The notes under the pieces are model-generated. The model saw only the letters and a program-made list of their open reading frames with translations, ran no database searches and was not told the DNA's origin. From the NCBI GenBank assembly GCA_964634105.1, contig CAZWIU010000006.1, forward strand, positions 4,288 to 68,287: a stretch of DNA of 64,000 bases. The letters run 5' to 3'. This DNA is from an uncultured Bacteroidales bacterium (GTDB lineage Bacteria; Bacteroidota; Bacteroidia; Bacteroidales; UBA10428). Both the position numbers and the translations under genes were made by a program. Shown one piece after another: positions 1-10,700 of the stretch; within the stretch, counting starts at the first letter, position 1, and each line of letters starts with the position of its first letter.

Positions 1-873
1 TTCAGCGCAATTATCTCCTTCGCGTGTAAAAAGGTCTCTGAAGTTGGGCAGTAATGAAAATTCTCCTGAGTTAATGATCGAGTCGCAAAGGGCAAGGGCT
101 TCGGTATAACAGCTGGAAGGATCGGCAATACTTCGGATTTGGACATCATTATCTGTATGAGTCTCTGTATTATACATTGTCAGGTCACCTGCAATGGTCA
201 TATATACCTTTGCCAGGATTCCCATAGCTGTGTGTTTATTTACCCTTCCGATATCATCCCCGGTATAATTGCTTCGGGGAGGAAGAAGCTGGGAAGCTTC
301 CTGCAGATCTGCTATTATCTTTGTATACACCTCAGAGGCAGAGGTTCTTTCAGGAGCCAATAGTTCTTCTGCAGACATGCCATCGATAATCAGCGGTATA
401 TCGGAATATAAACGAACCAGGACAAAATATGCATAACTTCTGATACAAAGCGCTTCACCCTTTACTCTATCCAGGATATTTTGTTCGGCAGAATTACCAT
501 CGATGTTCTCAATTACAATATTGCATAACGCTACTATACGATAGAGGAGTTGCCACAAATCTGCATTACGGGCATTATCGCTTGCGAGGGTGAATTGATC
601 TATCGGGATATAATCCGGGTCAACACCATTTGCCTGAGCGTCGTCAGAGGCTCCGTCACCAATCATCCAGATTGTCTTACCGTTGAATCCTTCTTCACCA
701 AACGGCGCATAGATAGCGTTAACTGCACATTGTATTCCTTCCGCGGTAGCATAAAAATTCCCGGTAACAAGCGTATCAAGAGGCTTTCTGTCGAGAAAGT
801 CATCGTTACATGCCATCAGGATCATAATTACTATCTGAAGCAGAACAATTGCGTATATTTTATTCTTTTTCAT
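1..873 (-). CDS. SusD/RagB-family outer-membrane nutrient-binding lipoprotein (N-terminal part only; the C-terminus lies beyond the window start)
   Basis: Absent from the ORF track because it runs off the window. My own minus-strand translation from the ATG (cat at 871-873) gives MKKNKIYAIVLLQIVIMILMACNDDFLDRKPLDTL...DLWQLLYRIVALCNIVIENI...KGEALCIRSYAYFVLVRLYSDIPLI. This is a lipobox Cys followed by SusD-like helical N-terminal motifs. The frame stays open to position 1. The gene starts 21 nt downstream of the SusC-like gene, as in canonical susC-susD pairs. Confidence 0.8.
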   Translation of the reverse strand, partial: MKKNKIYAIVLLQIVIMILMACNDDFLDRKPLDTLVTGNFYATAEGIQCAVNAIYAPFGEEGFNGKTIWMIGDGASDDAQANGVDPDYIPIDQFTLASDNARNADLWQLLYRIVALCNIVIENIDGNSAEQNILDRVKGEALCIRSYAYFVLVRLYSDIPLIIDGMSAEELLAPERTSASEVYTKIIADLQEASQLLPPRSNYTGDDIGRVNKHTAMGILAKVYMTIAGDLTMYNTETHTDNDVQIRSIADPSSCYTEALALCDSIINSGEFSLLPNFRDLFTREGDNCAE

Positions 874-894
874 CTTCTTTTTCTTTAAAGTGGG

Positions 895-3800
895 TTAAAA
901 ATCCAGGTTTACACCAAAAACAAATGACCGTGGTACAGGGTAATTACCAAGATCAATGCCGGTTAACAGCCCATTGTTGTTAAGCGCGCCGTGTTCTGGT
1001 TCATATCCAGAGTATTTTGTGAATGTATACAGGTTTTTCCCGGTTACATAAACACGAAGTCTGCTTGCATTGATCCGGGCGGTTATTTTCGGAGGCAATG
1101 TATAGCCCAGGGTAACAGTCTGGATCTTAATGAATGATGCATCTTCAACCCAACGATCAGAGATACGGTTATTATTATTCAGGTCCTGCAGTGTCATACG
1201 GGGCACATCGGTATCCGTATTTTGTGCGGCCACCAGGTAATTTCCGCCAGGTGTATTGAGGTAAACATCTTCCGGAGTGTAGGCGTCCAGCACTATGGTA
1301 AACTGATTCGAAGTACCATTCATGGCTTCCATATTTCTGCGTACCAGGTTCAGAACTTTATTTCCTTTCATTCCCTGAAGGAAAATACTGAGATCTAAAC
1401 CTTTGTAGGAGAAATCGTTGGTCAGCCCAAAGACATGCATGGGAAGGGGATTTCCAATGTAAGCTTTGTCGTTGTCGTTGATGATACCATCGCCGTTCAG
1501 GTCCTTGAAACGTATATCACCAATTGATGCTCCGTTCTGGAAAGCATGGTGATCGATCTCTTCCTGGGTCAGGAACAGGCCATCGGTTACAAATCCGTAA
1601 AATTGCCCCACAGGATAGCCCTCACTGGTTCTTGTAATCATCGGATCCTGCGTTCTGATTCGCTGATCGATTTGAGTTCCCTGCAGATTTATCGCCTTAT
1701 TCTTGTTATAGGAATATGTAGCGGTGGTTGACCAGTTAAAATCACCCGAGAAGTTAAAGCTTGTCAGACTAAATTCAAAACCCTTGTTTTCCATATTGGC
1801 ACTGTTTGACCAGGGAGAACCAAAAGGAGAAGAGGTAGCCGACATAGGCAACACAATGATCATATCTACCGATTTTTTAATATAAAAGTCGGTAGAAAGC
1901 TGAAGTCTGTTCTTCAACATATAGAGATCCAACCCGATATTGGAAGACTTGACTCTTTCCCAATGCAAATCAGGATTATCTTTTCCATCCGGCTCATAGG
2001 CAGGATAAACGGTCTCACCGAAAGCTACTTCAACCTGCCGTAAGCGGGCAAGAAATTCTGTCGGATCAAGATTGTCATTCCCGGTTTCACCATAACCGAG
2101 TCTCAACTTTAAGAAGTTAATAAAACCGATTGATTTCATAAAATCGTGGCTTGTCACTTTCCATGCAAGGGCAAAAGAAGGGAAATATTCTCTTTTCTTG
2201 CCTGCCCCGAACTTGGAACTGCCATCCATACGTGAGGTATGCGTTACTGTAACATAGTCTTTATAGGAATATATAAACCGGCCAAAGAAAGATTCCATTG
2301 CCACCTCTCCGGCATAGGCAGAATTGGTCATATTTTCTGATGATCCTAATGCCAGGTTACGCGATTCATTCGATGGGAAATTATCGCGGTAAGCGCTGAA
2401 CTGGTCCCATTTTGCAAAGTTTCTGCTAAGACCGGCCATTAAGGTAACATCATGAGCTTTTGCGAAATTATAGTTGTAAGTAGCATAATTTTCCCACGAC
2501 CAGTTTGTGTTTTGCTGGATAGACTCACGCATTTTAGCGAATTCGACAAATACAGTTCCCCGATTTACAGAAGGTTCAAATATGGTAGTCCGCGAATTCG
2601 ATAAGTCAGTACCAAAAACCGATTTTATATTCAGGCCTTTGATAACATTAACCTGGGCATAAATATTTCCAATAATTCTGTTCACTTTATTATCGTTCTG
2701 TTTTTCAAGCTCGGCGGCTATAGGATTATCAGGGGCATTCTCAAGCTCAACCGAAGGTCCGGCATAAGCACCGGTTGAGTCGCGCACGGCCATATCGGGG
2801 CGCTGTTGCAAAGCGCGTTCTACCATACCCCCGCCATAATATGCATCGTTGAAACTCATATCTTCTTTTGAATAGCTGAACATAACAGAATTTCCCATCT
2901 GGAACCATTTTGTCACATTCGCATCGATATTGGTCTTGAGAGTTAACCGGTTATAGGATGAACCTATAATGATACCATCCACTTTATAGTATCCACCCGA
3001 AAGGCTGTACAACACTTTTCCGGTTCCTCCGCTGGCAGAAAGGTGATAATTCTGCATGGGGGCTGTGCGGTACATTTCGCTCTGCCAGTCGGTATTGACC
3101 GGGAAGGAATCGGGATGAAGGGTTGTAAAAGGAATCTGGTCGTCAGTAATATCAAGCTCAGATTCGTAAAGCGGATACGTATCATTGTTGATCTGGTTCA
3201 TATGCTGCATCAGCCTGTACCGGGCATAATCCCGGGAATTCAGCACCTCAAGTTTTCTGGGAACCTGCTGATATCCATAGTACATATTGAAGGAGAGATT
3301 ACTTTTCCCTTCGCTTCCCCGTTTGGTTGTGATAAGCACCACTCCGTTCGCACCACGAACACCATAGATAGCAGTTGCTGAAGCGTCCTTTAAAATTTCA
3401 ATACTCTCGATATCATCAGGATTCAGTGCGGCCATGGGATTGGAAGTCTGTCCGCCCTGGCCGTCTCCGATGTTGGCAGTTCCACCCAGGCTTCTGTCGC
3501 TGATAACAACTCCGTCAACAACATACAACGGCTGGCTTGATGCGTTTATAGAACTTGCTCCACGTACCAATACAGAAACACCTCCTGCAGGCGATCCGGA
3601 CGATTGCTGCACAATAACCCCGGCAGCTTTACCCTGCAATGCCTGGTCGATACTGCTAACAGGCTGCGCCTTTAGTTGTTCGCTCGATACCGAAGTGATA
3701 GCTCCGGTTAAGTCACTCTTCTTCTGTGTACCATAGCCGATAACTACAACTTCCGAAAGGTCGATGATCTCGGCAGTTAGTTCAATGTCAAGCACTGTGC

Positions 3801-4119
3801 TGTTTCCAACAGGAATCTCCACAGTATTATAACCAAGAAAGCTGAAAACCAGGATATCGTCCGGCGATACTTCAATACTATATTTCCCATCGATACTGGT
3901 GATGACACCACGGTTTGTTCCTTTTACCAATATCGAAACACCCGGAATTGCTTCTCCGGAATTTGCATCAACAACAGTACCCGTTACCTGGCCCTGCTGT
4001 TGAATGATAGAGTTGCTACCTGCCTTTATAGCAGGCATGATGAAAAGTACCAGCAACAGAGCGCAAGAAGCTCTGAAAAGGGGTACAATTTTTCTTGTCA
4101 GGTTTTTTTGTCCATTCAT
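895..4119 (-). CDS. SusC/RagA-family TonB-dependent outer-membrane receptor
   Basis: 1074 aa. It has a signal peptide, a carboxypeptidase-regulatory-like domain (VTGTVVDANSGEAIPGVSILVKGTNRGVITSIDGKYSIEV), a TonB-box/plug region (VVVIGYGTQKKSDLTGAITSV) and a beta-barrel ending in an aromatic residue (GVNLDF). A SusD-like gene follows directly. Confidence 0.92.
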   Translation of the reverse strand: MNGQKNLTRKIVPLFRASCALLLVLFIMPAIKAGSNSIIQQQGQVTGTVVDANSGEAIPGVSILVKGTNRGVITSIDGKYSIEVSPDDILVFSFLGYNTVEIPVGNSTVLDIELTAEIIDLSEVVVIGYGTQKKSDLTGAITSVSSEQLKAQPVSSIDQALQGKAAGVIVQQSSGSPAGGVSVLVRGASSINASSQPLYVVDGVVISDRSLGGTANIGDGQGGQTSNPMAALNPDDIESIEILKDASATAIYGVRGANGVVLITTKRGSEGKSNLSFNMYYGYQQVPRKLEVLNSRDYARYRLMQHMNQINNDTYPLYESELDITDDQIPFTTLHPDSFPVNTDWQSEMYRTAPMQNYHLSASGGTGKVLYSLSGGYYKVDGIIIGSSYNRLTLKTNIDANVTKWFQMGNSVMFSYSKEDMSFNDAYYGGGMVERALQQRPDMAVRDSTGAYAGPSVELENAPDNPIAAELEKQNDNKVNRIIGNIYAQVNVIKGLNIKSVFGTDLSNSRTTIFEPSVNRGTVFVEFAKMRESIQQNTNWSWENYATYNYNFAKAHDVTLMAGLSRNFAKWDQFSAYRDNFPSNESRNLALGSSENMTNSAYAGEVAMESFFGRFIYSYKDYVTVTHTSRMDGSSKFGAGKKREYFPSFALAWKVTSHDFMKSIGFINFLKLRLGYGETGNDNLDPTEFLARLRQVEVAFGETVYPAYEPDGKDNPDLHWERVKSSNIGLDLYMLKNRLQLSTDFYIKKSVDMIIVLPMSATSSPFGSPWSNSANMENKGFEFSLTSFNFSGDFNWSTTATYSYNKNKAINLQGTQIDQRIRTQDPMITRTSEGYPVGQFYGFVTDGLFLTQEEIDHHAFQNGASIGDIRFKDLNGDGIINDNDKAYIGNPLPMHVFGLTNDFSYKGLDLSIFLQGMKGNKVLNLVRRNMEAMNGTSNQFTIVLDAYTPEDVYLNTPGGNYLVAAQNTDTDVPRMTLQDLNNNNRISDRWVEDASFIKIQTVTLGYTLPPKITARINASRLRVYVTGKNLYTFTKYSGYEPEHGALNNNGLLTGIDLGNYPVPRSFVFGVNLDF

Positions 4120-4866
4120 CAGGTTAGCATTTTAAATATTAGGGGCCCAAAAGTTAAATAAAATTGTGTATCCTCCATGGCGATGTTAATAATTATAATA
4201 CCCTTCAGCAATTTACTACCGTGACCCGATGTATTCTGATATAGGAATGGGGTGTAACAAAAGAAAAATGTAGTTCATGAGAACTTACCCTTTAAAGAGT
4301 TTTTCGAATAGCCATATGAATGATAAAGGAATGTCCTGACCTTTTGAAATTTGCGTAATTCCGATTTATTTTTGGACTTGCCGTTTTTCCCGTAAGCTGT
4401 CTTAAACCAACATACACATAAAGAATGTAAACAATCATTGCTGTCCGGGCATAACGAATGGATAATCCTAACGTATGGTTATAGCAAGAGTTATTAGCAT
4501 TTTTAATTTAGTGGGCTTAAAAAATTAAAATTAGAATTTATGGCACAAGGACGCTACGAAACAATGGCTTCACAAATAAGCAACAGGCTAAATATAAACT
4601 TTTTAGTGTTTTCCTTGAGCCTTGGTGATTTCATGGCATATAAATTATTAAACTGTTTCCGGACAACAGTGTGTAAACAATTAATAAATTGTAATTGAAT
4701 ATTTTGAAAACATCCTGGCAATTTCCAATATAGGGATTAAGCCCAACCAAATCCTATAGTATGGTAAACTATTATCTCCCAATGATTATTGCTTATCGCT
4801 AATCACTACGATCCTTAATGAAATGATGCGGTATAATTAAATATGTATAAAGGGTATATCAAATCA

Positions 4867-4992
4867 TTCCGGGGACATCTGAAATAATTCCAGGGACAAT
4901 GAGTTTTATTCCGGGGGCAACTAAATAATTACCGGGGACAATTAGTTTTATTCCGGGGACAATAAAAAATATGCCGGGGTCAGCATAGTTAT
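4867..4992. repeat. Six tandem direct repeats with an exact 21-bp period, core (T)TCCGGGGACA
   Basis: The 9-bp cores start at 4869, 4890, 4911, 4932, 4953 and 4974: ccggggaca, ccagggaca, ccgggggca, ccggggaca, ccggggaca, ccggggtca. The AT-rich 12-bp spacers alternate between ..AAATAA and ..AGTTTTA, which gives a 42-bp super-period. No frame is open across the array. Confidence 0.85.
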
Positions 4993-5044
4993 GAAAAAGG
5001 AAATGTATAAATCATGTTTTTTGACGATGAACGTATTTTTTCTT

Positions 5045-5767
5045 TCATTTTTTGGTAAGTCTATTCCATTTTCGCCGGTATTCGCTGGTATAACCTTTCC
5101 GTCGAACCCTGTCATTATCATGGACATATTTTCCGGTTATACGAATGGTATCGGCATAATTTTTACATATTGTATAGGCCTTATTGCGGAGCAACATGAG
5201 TTCGCTCTGGCGTTTTCGGAATGCGTTTACTGAAGCCAGCAGCGCGGACATCTCTTTCACGCTTTCGGCTGCCTGTTCCAATAATCCCTGGTCGAAACGA
5301 ATGGTTTCAAGCTCAACGAGGTGTGCTTTTCCGAATACGGAGAGGTTATTCAGATCCTGTATCAGAGCAGCATTGCTTTTCCCATTAAGCAGATTAGGTA
5401 TTTGCCTGAGGAGGTCATGCTGATCACGGAACGCGAATCGGAAATCACGTATAATGGTTCTGCGTAACTTAATCGCTTCAGTATGCTTTTCCTTCCATGC
5501 TTTAACAATTTCCTGTTCCCGGTTTCTTTCATTGATCCACTGAGCCTGGATATTACTCAGGGCTGTAAGATATTCAGGTAACCTTTCTGCAAGCGACCAG
5601 TCGAGGCCTTTTGATTCCAGTATTTTACGATCGTCCCGGCACCATAACAACAGGTCATTGCTCTCCTGAATAAAAACAGCTACGGGCATTTTAGGTTCTT
5701 TTATTTGGGTATCATCGACAGTATTAAACTGTTCGGCAATTATTTGCTGGCCGGGTATTTCAGACAT
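5045..5767 (-). CDS. Hypothetical protein (predicted all-helical, no signal peptide, no recognised family)
   Basis: A 240-aa ORF with coding-like composition and a basic C-terminus (YRRKWNRLTKK). I recognise no motifs. Confidence 0.55.
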   Translation of the reverse strand: MSEIPGQQIIAEQFNTVDDTQIKEPKMPVAVFIQESNDLLLWCRDDRKILESKGLDWSLAERLPEYLTALSNIQAQWINERNREQEIVKAWKEKHTEAIKLRRTIIRDFRFAFRDQHDLLRQIPNLLNGKSNAALIQDLNNLSVFGKAHLVELETIRFDQGLLEQAAESVKEMSALLASVNAFRKRQSELMLLRNKAYTICKNYADTIRITGKYVHDNDRVRRKGYTSEYRRKWNRLTKK

Positions 5768-5902
5768 AGGTAGAAGGTATCAGTTGATAAGGATATAAGG
5801 TGTATGCAATTTTATTAACGTGCGGGCGCAATCTATTAAGAATTTCTATTATAACAAAACCTGGATGGATGCCTTTTACTCCGCTTTCGACAAAAATTTG
5901 AA

Positions 5903-7414
5903 TTACACAGCTTCCAATTTCAGGTCACCGCTCTCGAGCCTGTTACCCTTGGTATCAACAGCGGCCACTTTATATATGAGCGATGATTTTTTCCTGGGGT
6001 AATCGAAGAAATCAAAAGGAATAAGGCTTGTCTGGCGTATGTGGGGGAAGGTTTTTATCAAACGGCTGCCGCAGTATATTTCGTATTGCTTAATGGGTTC
6101 CGACTTAGCGAATGCCGAATGCCATTTTAAGGTTACAATACGTCTGCCGTCCACAACTTGTTGGGATATTTCGGGGTTACGCACAAAAGCCATCCTGGCT
6201 TCCTCATCCTGGAAGTAATTCGTTTTTCCTCCCTTTGCCTGAAGGGCTAACGCTTCAATATTCAGGCGATCCGATTCGGAAAGATCGCCGCTGTTTACCT
6301 GTGAGTTTGCAATATTTTGCGTGAGTTGACAACAGGCAGGGTCATCGCTTATCTGCCCGATACCTATAATGATGTTTGTAACCCCAGGGGTTGTCAGTGA
6401 ATATTGAATGAGCCGTTTGCTGTCAAGCACATTATCGCCGATGGTACGAACCACTTCGTGCGGCCCCTGTGTCCAATGGGCCTCTTTGGTATACATGGCG
6501 CCGTCGGCAAATATCTTCATTCCGATTACCCCCATGTTTTTTGCTGCAGCTATCGGAATAACATTATGCTGCATGGTATGATATACCTTGTCGTTCGCAT
6601 TGATGGTGACCAGGATGGCATCGAGCCGGTCTTTTGTGTCGCGGAGTGTCATCTCCGAAAGGATGATCGGTGAAAAATGGCCGCTGAAACCGATATGCCT
6701 GATGAGCTTTTCTTCTTTCGGGTTCAGTCCCGTATAATTTGTGCCATCACGATAGTCGACCAGTGCTGCAATAGCTCCTATATTCTCGTCTTCGGGAGAT
6801 ACTTTTTCATAACCTGTATAAACCGATTCCACATCATCCATACTGCTAATGGAATGCAGAAGCACCATATCGATATAGGCATCTTCGGGGTAATATCCCT
6901 GGTTATCGCCAAATACCTGGGTGAGCGTTCTTTTTATATCGCCAATAGCGCCCAGTTCCGGGTTGCCATTGCTCCATTTATGAGTTGTATAGGCAGGATT
7001 TTCTCCCTTTGCCCAGCGCAAATGTGTTTTACTTGTAAGGAATATCGATTTCCGTTTACCTTCATCGTAATTGCCGATGCCGGGAACCAGTCCGAGTTGC
7101 CTGAAAGCCTTGCCGTAATTCATCTGGCTTGGGCCATACAGATTGGATGTGTCGAAATAATTAACTCCCAGGGTATACGCTTTAATGATAATAGCTACAG
7201 GATCCACATCTTCCGGTGTCCATTGCAACGATGCCTGTCCGCCGAGTCCGAAGGTGGTGACTTCGAAAGGTATTTTTCCAAAAGGCCTTCGTAATAGCTG
7301 AGGTTGGATAGTTCTCCCAAAACCCAGGTATGGTAGGGTTAAGGCTGCTGCTGATACAAGCCCTGTTTGCTGTATGAACTTTCTGCGGCTGATTTGTTGC
7401 GATTTGTTTTTCAT
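5903..7414 (-). CDS. Aldo/keto reductase with a twin-arginine (Tat) signal peptide and a C-terminal beta-sandwich (Fn3-like) extension
   Basis: The N-terminus SRRKFIQQTGLVSAAALTL matches the Tat consensus S/T-R-R-x-F-L-K. The AKR-like core includes GLGGQASL...AYTLGVNYFDTSNLYG. About 90 extra C-terminal residues follow (VTLKWHSAF...YEIYCGSRL...YKVAAVDTKGN). Confidence 0.75.
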   Translation of the reverse strand: MKNKSQQISRRKFIQQTGLVSAAALTLPYLGFGRTIQPQLLRRPFGKIPFEVTTFGLGGQASLQWTPEDVDPVAIIIKAYTLGVNYFDTSNLYGPSQMNYGKAFRQLGLVPGIGNYDEGKRKSIFLTSKTHLRWAKGENPAYTTHKWSNGNPELGAIGDIKRTLTQVFGDNQGYYPEDAYIDMVLLHSISSMDDVESVYTGYEKVSPEDENIGAIAALVDYRDGTNYTGLNPKEEKLIRHIGFSGHFSPIILSEMTLRDTKDRLDAILVTINANDKVYHTMQHNVIPIAAAKNMGVIGMKIFADGAMYTKEAHWTQGPHEVVRTIGDNVLDSKRLIQYSLTTPGVTNIIIGIGQISDDPACCQLTQNIANSQVNSGDLSESDRLNIEALALQAKGGKTNYFQDEEARMAFVRNPEISQQVVDGRRIVTLKWHSAFAKSEPIKQYEIYCGSRLIKTFPHIRQTSLIPFDFFDYPRKKSSLIYKVAAVDTKGNRLESGDLKLEAV

Positions 7415-7747
7415 GACCGGATTGTTTGTTACCTAATAAAACTGGTAAGTCAGAATAGCTGCTTCGACTTCTTAGTACCTGGAAGTATCACTAAATTATT
7501 AAAAGAACAGGAAAAGGGCAAATTAGTTTGGGTCAGGGAGATGATTAATTCAGGATATCCTTTTAATTTATGAGTATTGAACTATTGTGAAGCTGTTACC
7601 TTCCCAGTAACTCCCCTCGTCACACCAGGAATGTCATTTTGTTTGAGATTAAAACATTCCTGCCAAAGAGCAGGAATCCAGGTGGTTTTTCAGGCAGGCT
7701 GATTTTTTTAGTACTTGCTGCGATGATCTTTTAAATAAAGCAAACAG

Positions 7748-10700
7748 TTATTCCTTACTCTTTTTCAATTCCTTTTTCAGGTTGCTGATTTCCTGTTTAA
7801 GATTTTTTTCTTTTAGCAGGAATTCCTGTTTCATGGCTTCAAAATTATTCTGATTTCTGGCCATTTCCTCCTGGGTTGCCGACATTTCTTCAAGATTCTG
7901 ACGCAACTCTTCTTCCTGCGCAGCCATTTCTTCCGTCTTGAGTTTTATTTGCTCGTACATTTGCCTGTTCTTATCGTTGGCGCGTGTTGTAAGCAGAGTG
8001 GCAGCCACAAGCTCTCCGAGTTTTTCAAGGAATTCTATCTTATAAGGTTCGAGCTTTTTCAACGACAGGATCTCGATTACACCCAGCACCATTTCATCCA
8101 TTCTTACAGGCAATACTACCAGATGTTTTAGTTGTGTTTCGCCTAATCCCGACGTGAGTTTTGCATATCCTTCGGGAAGGTTGTCGATAATGCGGGTTTC
8201 ACGCTCTTTAAAGCAGGTGCCTATATACCCTTCACCGATCATGATCCTGACTTCTCCTGCTTTTTTAAAGTCAGGGGCATGATACCCGGCCATTTCAAGG
8301 TATTGTTCTGTTCCATCTTCATTCTCTGAAATAATATACATACCTCCGATATTGGCGTCGAGGTATTCCACAAGCTCTGTCATAAGAATTCTGGCCAGCC
8401 CGTTGACATCTTCTTTATTTTTACTGATAAGGTTGCTGAATTTTGCCAACCCTGCATTAAACCAGACCTGTATCGCTTCTGCTTTTTCCTTTTCAAGAAG
8501 CGCCAGGCGTTGTTTCTCAATTTCGTTCTTTTGTCGTTCTACTTCAGCCTTTCCCTCCCGGATACTTTCTTCCAGTATCTGCTTGTCGTGCTTCAACATG
8601 CTTAAACGCTGCCGGATCAGGTAATAGGCAAGGCTCCCTACCGCCAGCACTACAAGAGTAATAAACCACCATCTGAGCCAGAAGGGGGGAATGATCCTGA
8701 TTTTTATGCTGGCTCCTGTTTCATTCCAGATTCCATCGTTATTGGAAGCTTTAACATGGAATATATACCGGCCGGGATCGAGGTTTGTGAAGGTAACTTT
8801 TCGTTCGTTCTTTGCATTGATCCAGTCTTCGTTAAACCCCTCCATCATATACTTGTACTGGTTTTTTTCCGATTGGCGGTAGCTGAGAGCGGTAAAATCA
8901 AAAGAAAAAACATTTTCATTATGCTTAAGCACAATTTCCTTACTCACAATAATACTTTCTTTCAGGATCGACTTTTCCCCGATCCTGACATCTTCATTAA
9001 AAAGTTTAAATCCGGTAATGTACACCGGTGGCTTGAACGGGTTATCGATAACTTTTTCGGGGGAAAACAGGTTAAACCCATTCACTCCGCCAAACAGGAA
9101 TTCGCCCGTGGAAAGTTTTTTAAATGCCCAGCGGCTGAATTGATTACTTTGAAGTCCGTCGCTTGCATTATAATTCTTAAATGTTATACTGTCGGGGTTG
9201 AATTTGCATATACCCTCGTTTGTGCTGAGCCAGAGATTCCCTTCATTATCCTCAAGAATTCCGTTGATTACATCATTTGGCAGGCCATCGGCCATGCGGT
9301 AGGCTGTGAAGTTTCTTTTCTCCCTGTTAAATAAACACAGTCCGCCACCATTCGTTCCAACCCAGATCCTTTTCTTCGAATCTTCATAGATAGAGTATAT
9401 AGCATTGTTTGTGAGCGAACCTGGTTCGTCGGTCCGGTTATAATGATCAAATTTGCCTGTTTTCTTGTTCAGGATGCTGATTCCGGCTCCTTCCTGAGCG
9501 ATCCAGATGAATCCAAAATGATCTTCGGTGATCATAACGCATCCTGAATTAGCGATGGAAGAGTTATCGCCGGGATTATGAGTATAACGGGTAAAGTTGT
9601 CAGTCTGCCGGTTAAAGCGGTTCAATCCTCCTCCCCAGGTGCCAATCCATATTTCCTGTTCACTGTCTTCGAAGATGTAAAAAATATTATCTTCCGACAG
9701 GCTTGTTTCATCGGCAGGATTGTGGCGGTAATGCTTAAACGTTCCTGTGTTCGGGTCATACACATCAACACCTCCTGCCCACATGCCGATCCAGAGTTTT
9801 CCATCGCTGCACATCCGTAAAGCAAGAACCTTATTATTGGTAAGCCCTTTAGGGTTATTTGGATCGGATACGATATGTGAGAATTCATTCGTTGTGTGGT
9901 TCAGGTAATTTAATCCGCCGCCATCGACCCCTACCCATATATTACCCATGTTATCTTCAGCAAAGGATGTGACATTATCGCCCAGGAGGCTTGCCGGATT
10001 CGATTTCTGATTTTTATAATGAATGAATTTCTTCTTCCCCTGGTCAAAAATACTAATACCGCCAAAACGGGTACTCACCCACATTCGACCGGTGTTATCA
10101 AAGAATATTTGATTAATGTCGTTGCTGCTTAGACTTTCATCGTTTTCAGCTTCTTTCTGAAGGATCGTAAAATCATCCGTCGTTTCATTCAGTAAACATA
10201 GCCCTCCTGACGTTCCCACCCAGATATTTCCTGTTTTATCTTCTGCAATGCTGTTCACCAGGCTGTTTGGTATACTTCTTTTATTCAGGGGATCGACCAG
10301 GTAACGGGTGAAGGAACCTTCGAGGGTATTCATCAGGTTAAGTCCGTTGTCAAATGTACCAACCCATAATCGTCCCTTTGAGTCTAACAGAAGCCGTTGA
10401 ATTTTATTGCTGCTTAAACTGCGAGGATTAGCTTCGTCGTATGTATAGTTGGTAAATGACTTGTTCTTTTCGTTATAAAGCGATAACCCTCCATAGGTTC
10501 CTATCCAGTAACGGCTGTTCCTGTCCTCGGCCATATACCTCAGAATATTGGAAGGTAAAGAATTTGGATTTTGAGGATCATGCACAATTTTCTGCATGGC
10601 AAATGTGGCCATATCCATAATATTTATACCCGACTCGGTCATGATCCAGAGTCTGTCCTTCGAATCGATAAAAAGAATTTGAATACCGCTGGTCAGCAAT

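Noticed and set aside
139-888. Two + strand ORFs (139-363 and 550-888) from the ORF track.
   Set aside because: They lie antisense to a continuous SusD-like reading frame that I translated by hand (1-873, minus strand). Their sequences are Cys- and Ile-rich and non-protein-like.
4866-4992. The 21-bp repeats read as a heptad peptide repeat (IPGTSEI IPGTMSF IPGATK...).
   Set aside because: The frame is closed by TAA 15 nt upstream of the array (4848-4850), with no start codon between that stop and the repeats. It is interrupted by TAA at 4926-4928 and TAG further on. The minus strand is also full of stops, so the array is non-coding.
4867-4992. Possible CRISPR array.
   Set aside because: The period is only 21 bp, with 9-bp cores and 12-bp spacers that are themselves similar to one another. 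There are no cas genes. This is not a CRISPR architecture.
4991-5233. An 80-aa + strand ORF starting just after the repeat array.
   Set aside because: It overlaps the 3' end of the better-supported 240-aa minus-strand gene and has a hydrophobic, low-complexity sequence.
6677-7294. A 205-aa + strand ORF. Similar long antisense ORFs occur at 8756-9334, 30566-31027, 39376-39858, 40500-40985, 46019-46501, 54342-54881, 55935-56408 and 57740-58207.
   Set aside because: Each lies entirely inside, and antisense to, a gene with clear family motifs. Their sequences are Cys/Ser/Ile-rich with no recognisable domains, as expected for shadow ORFs.
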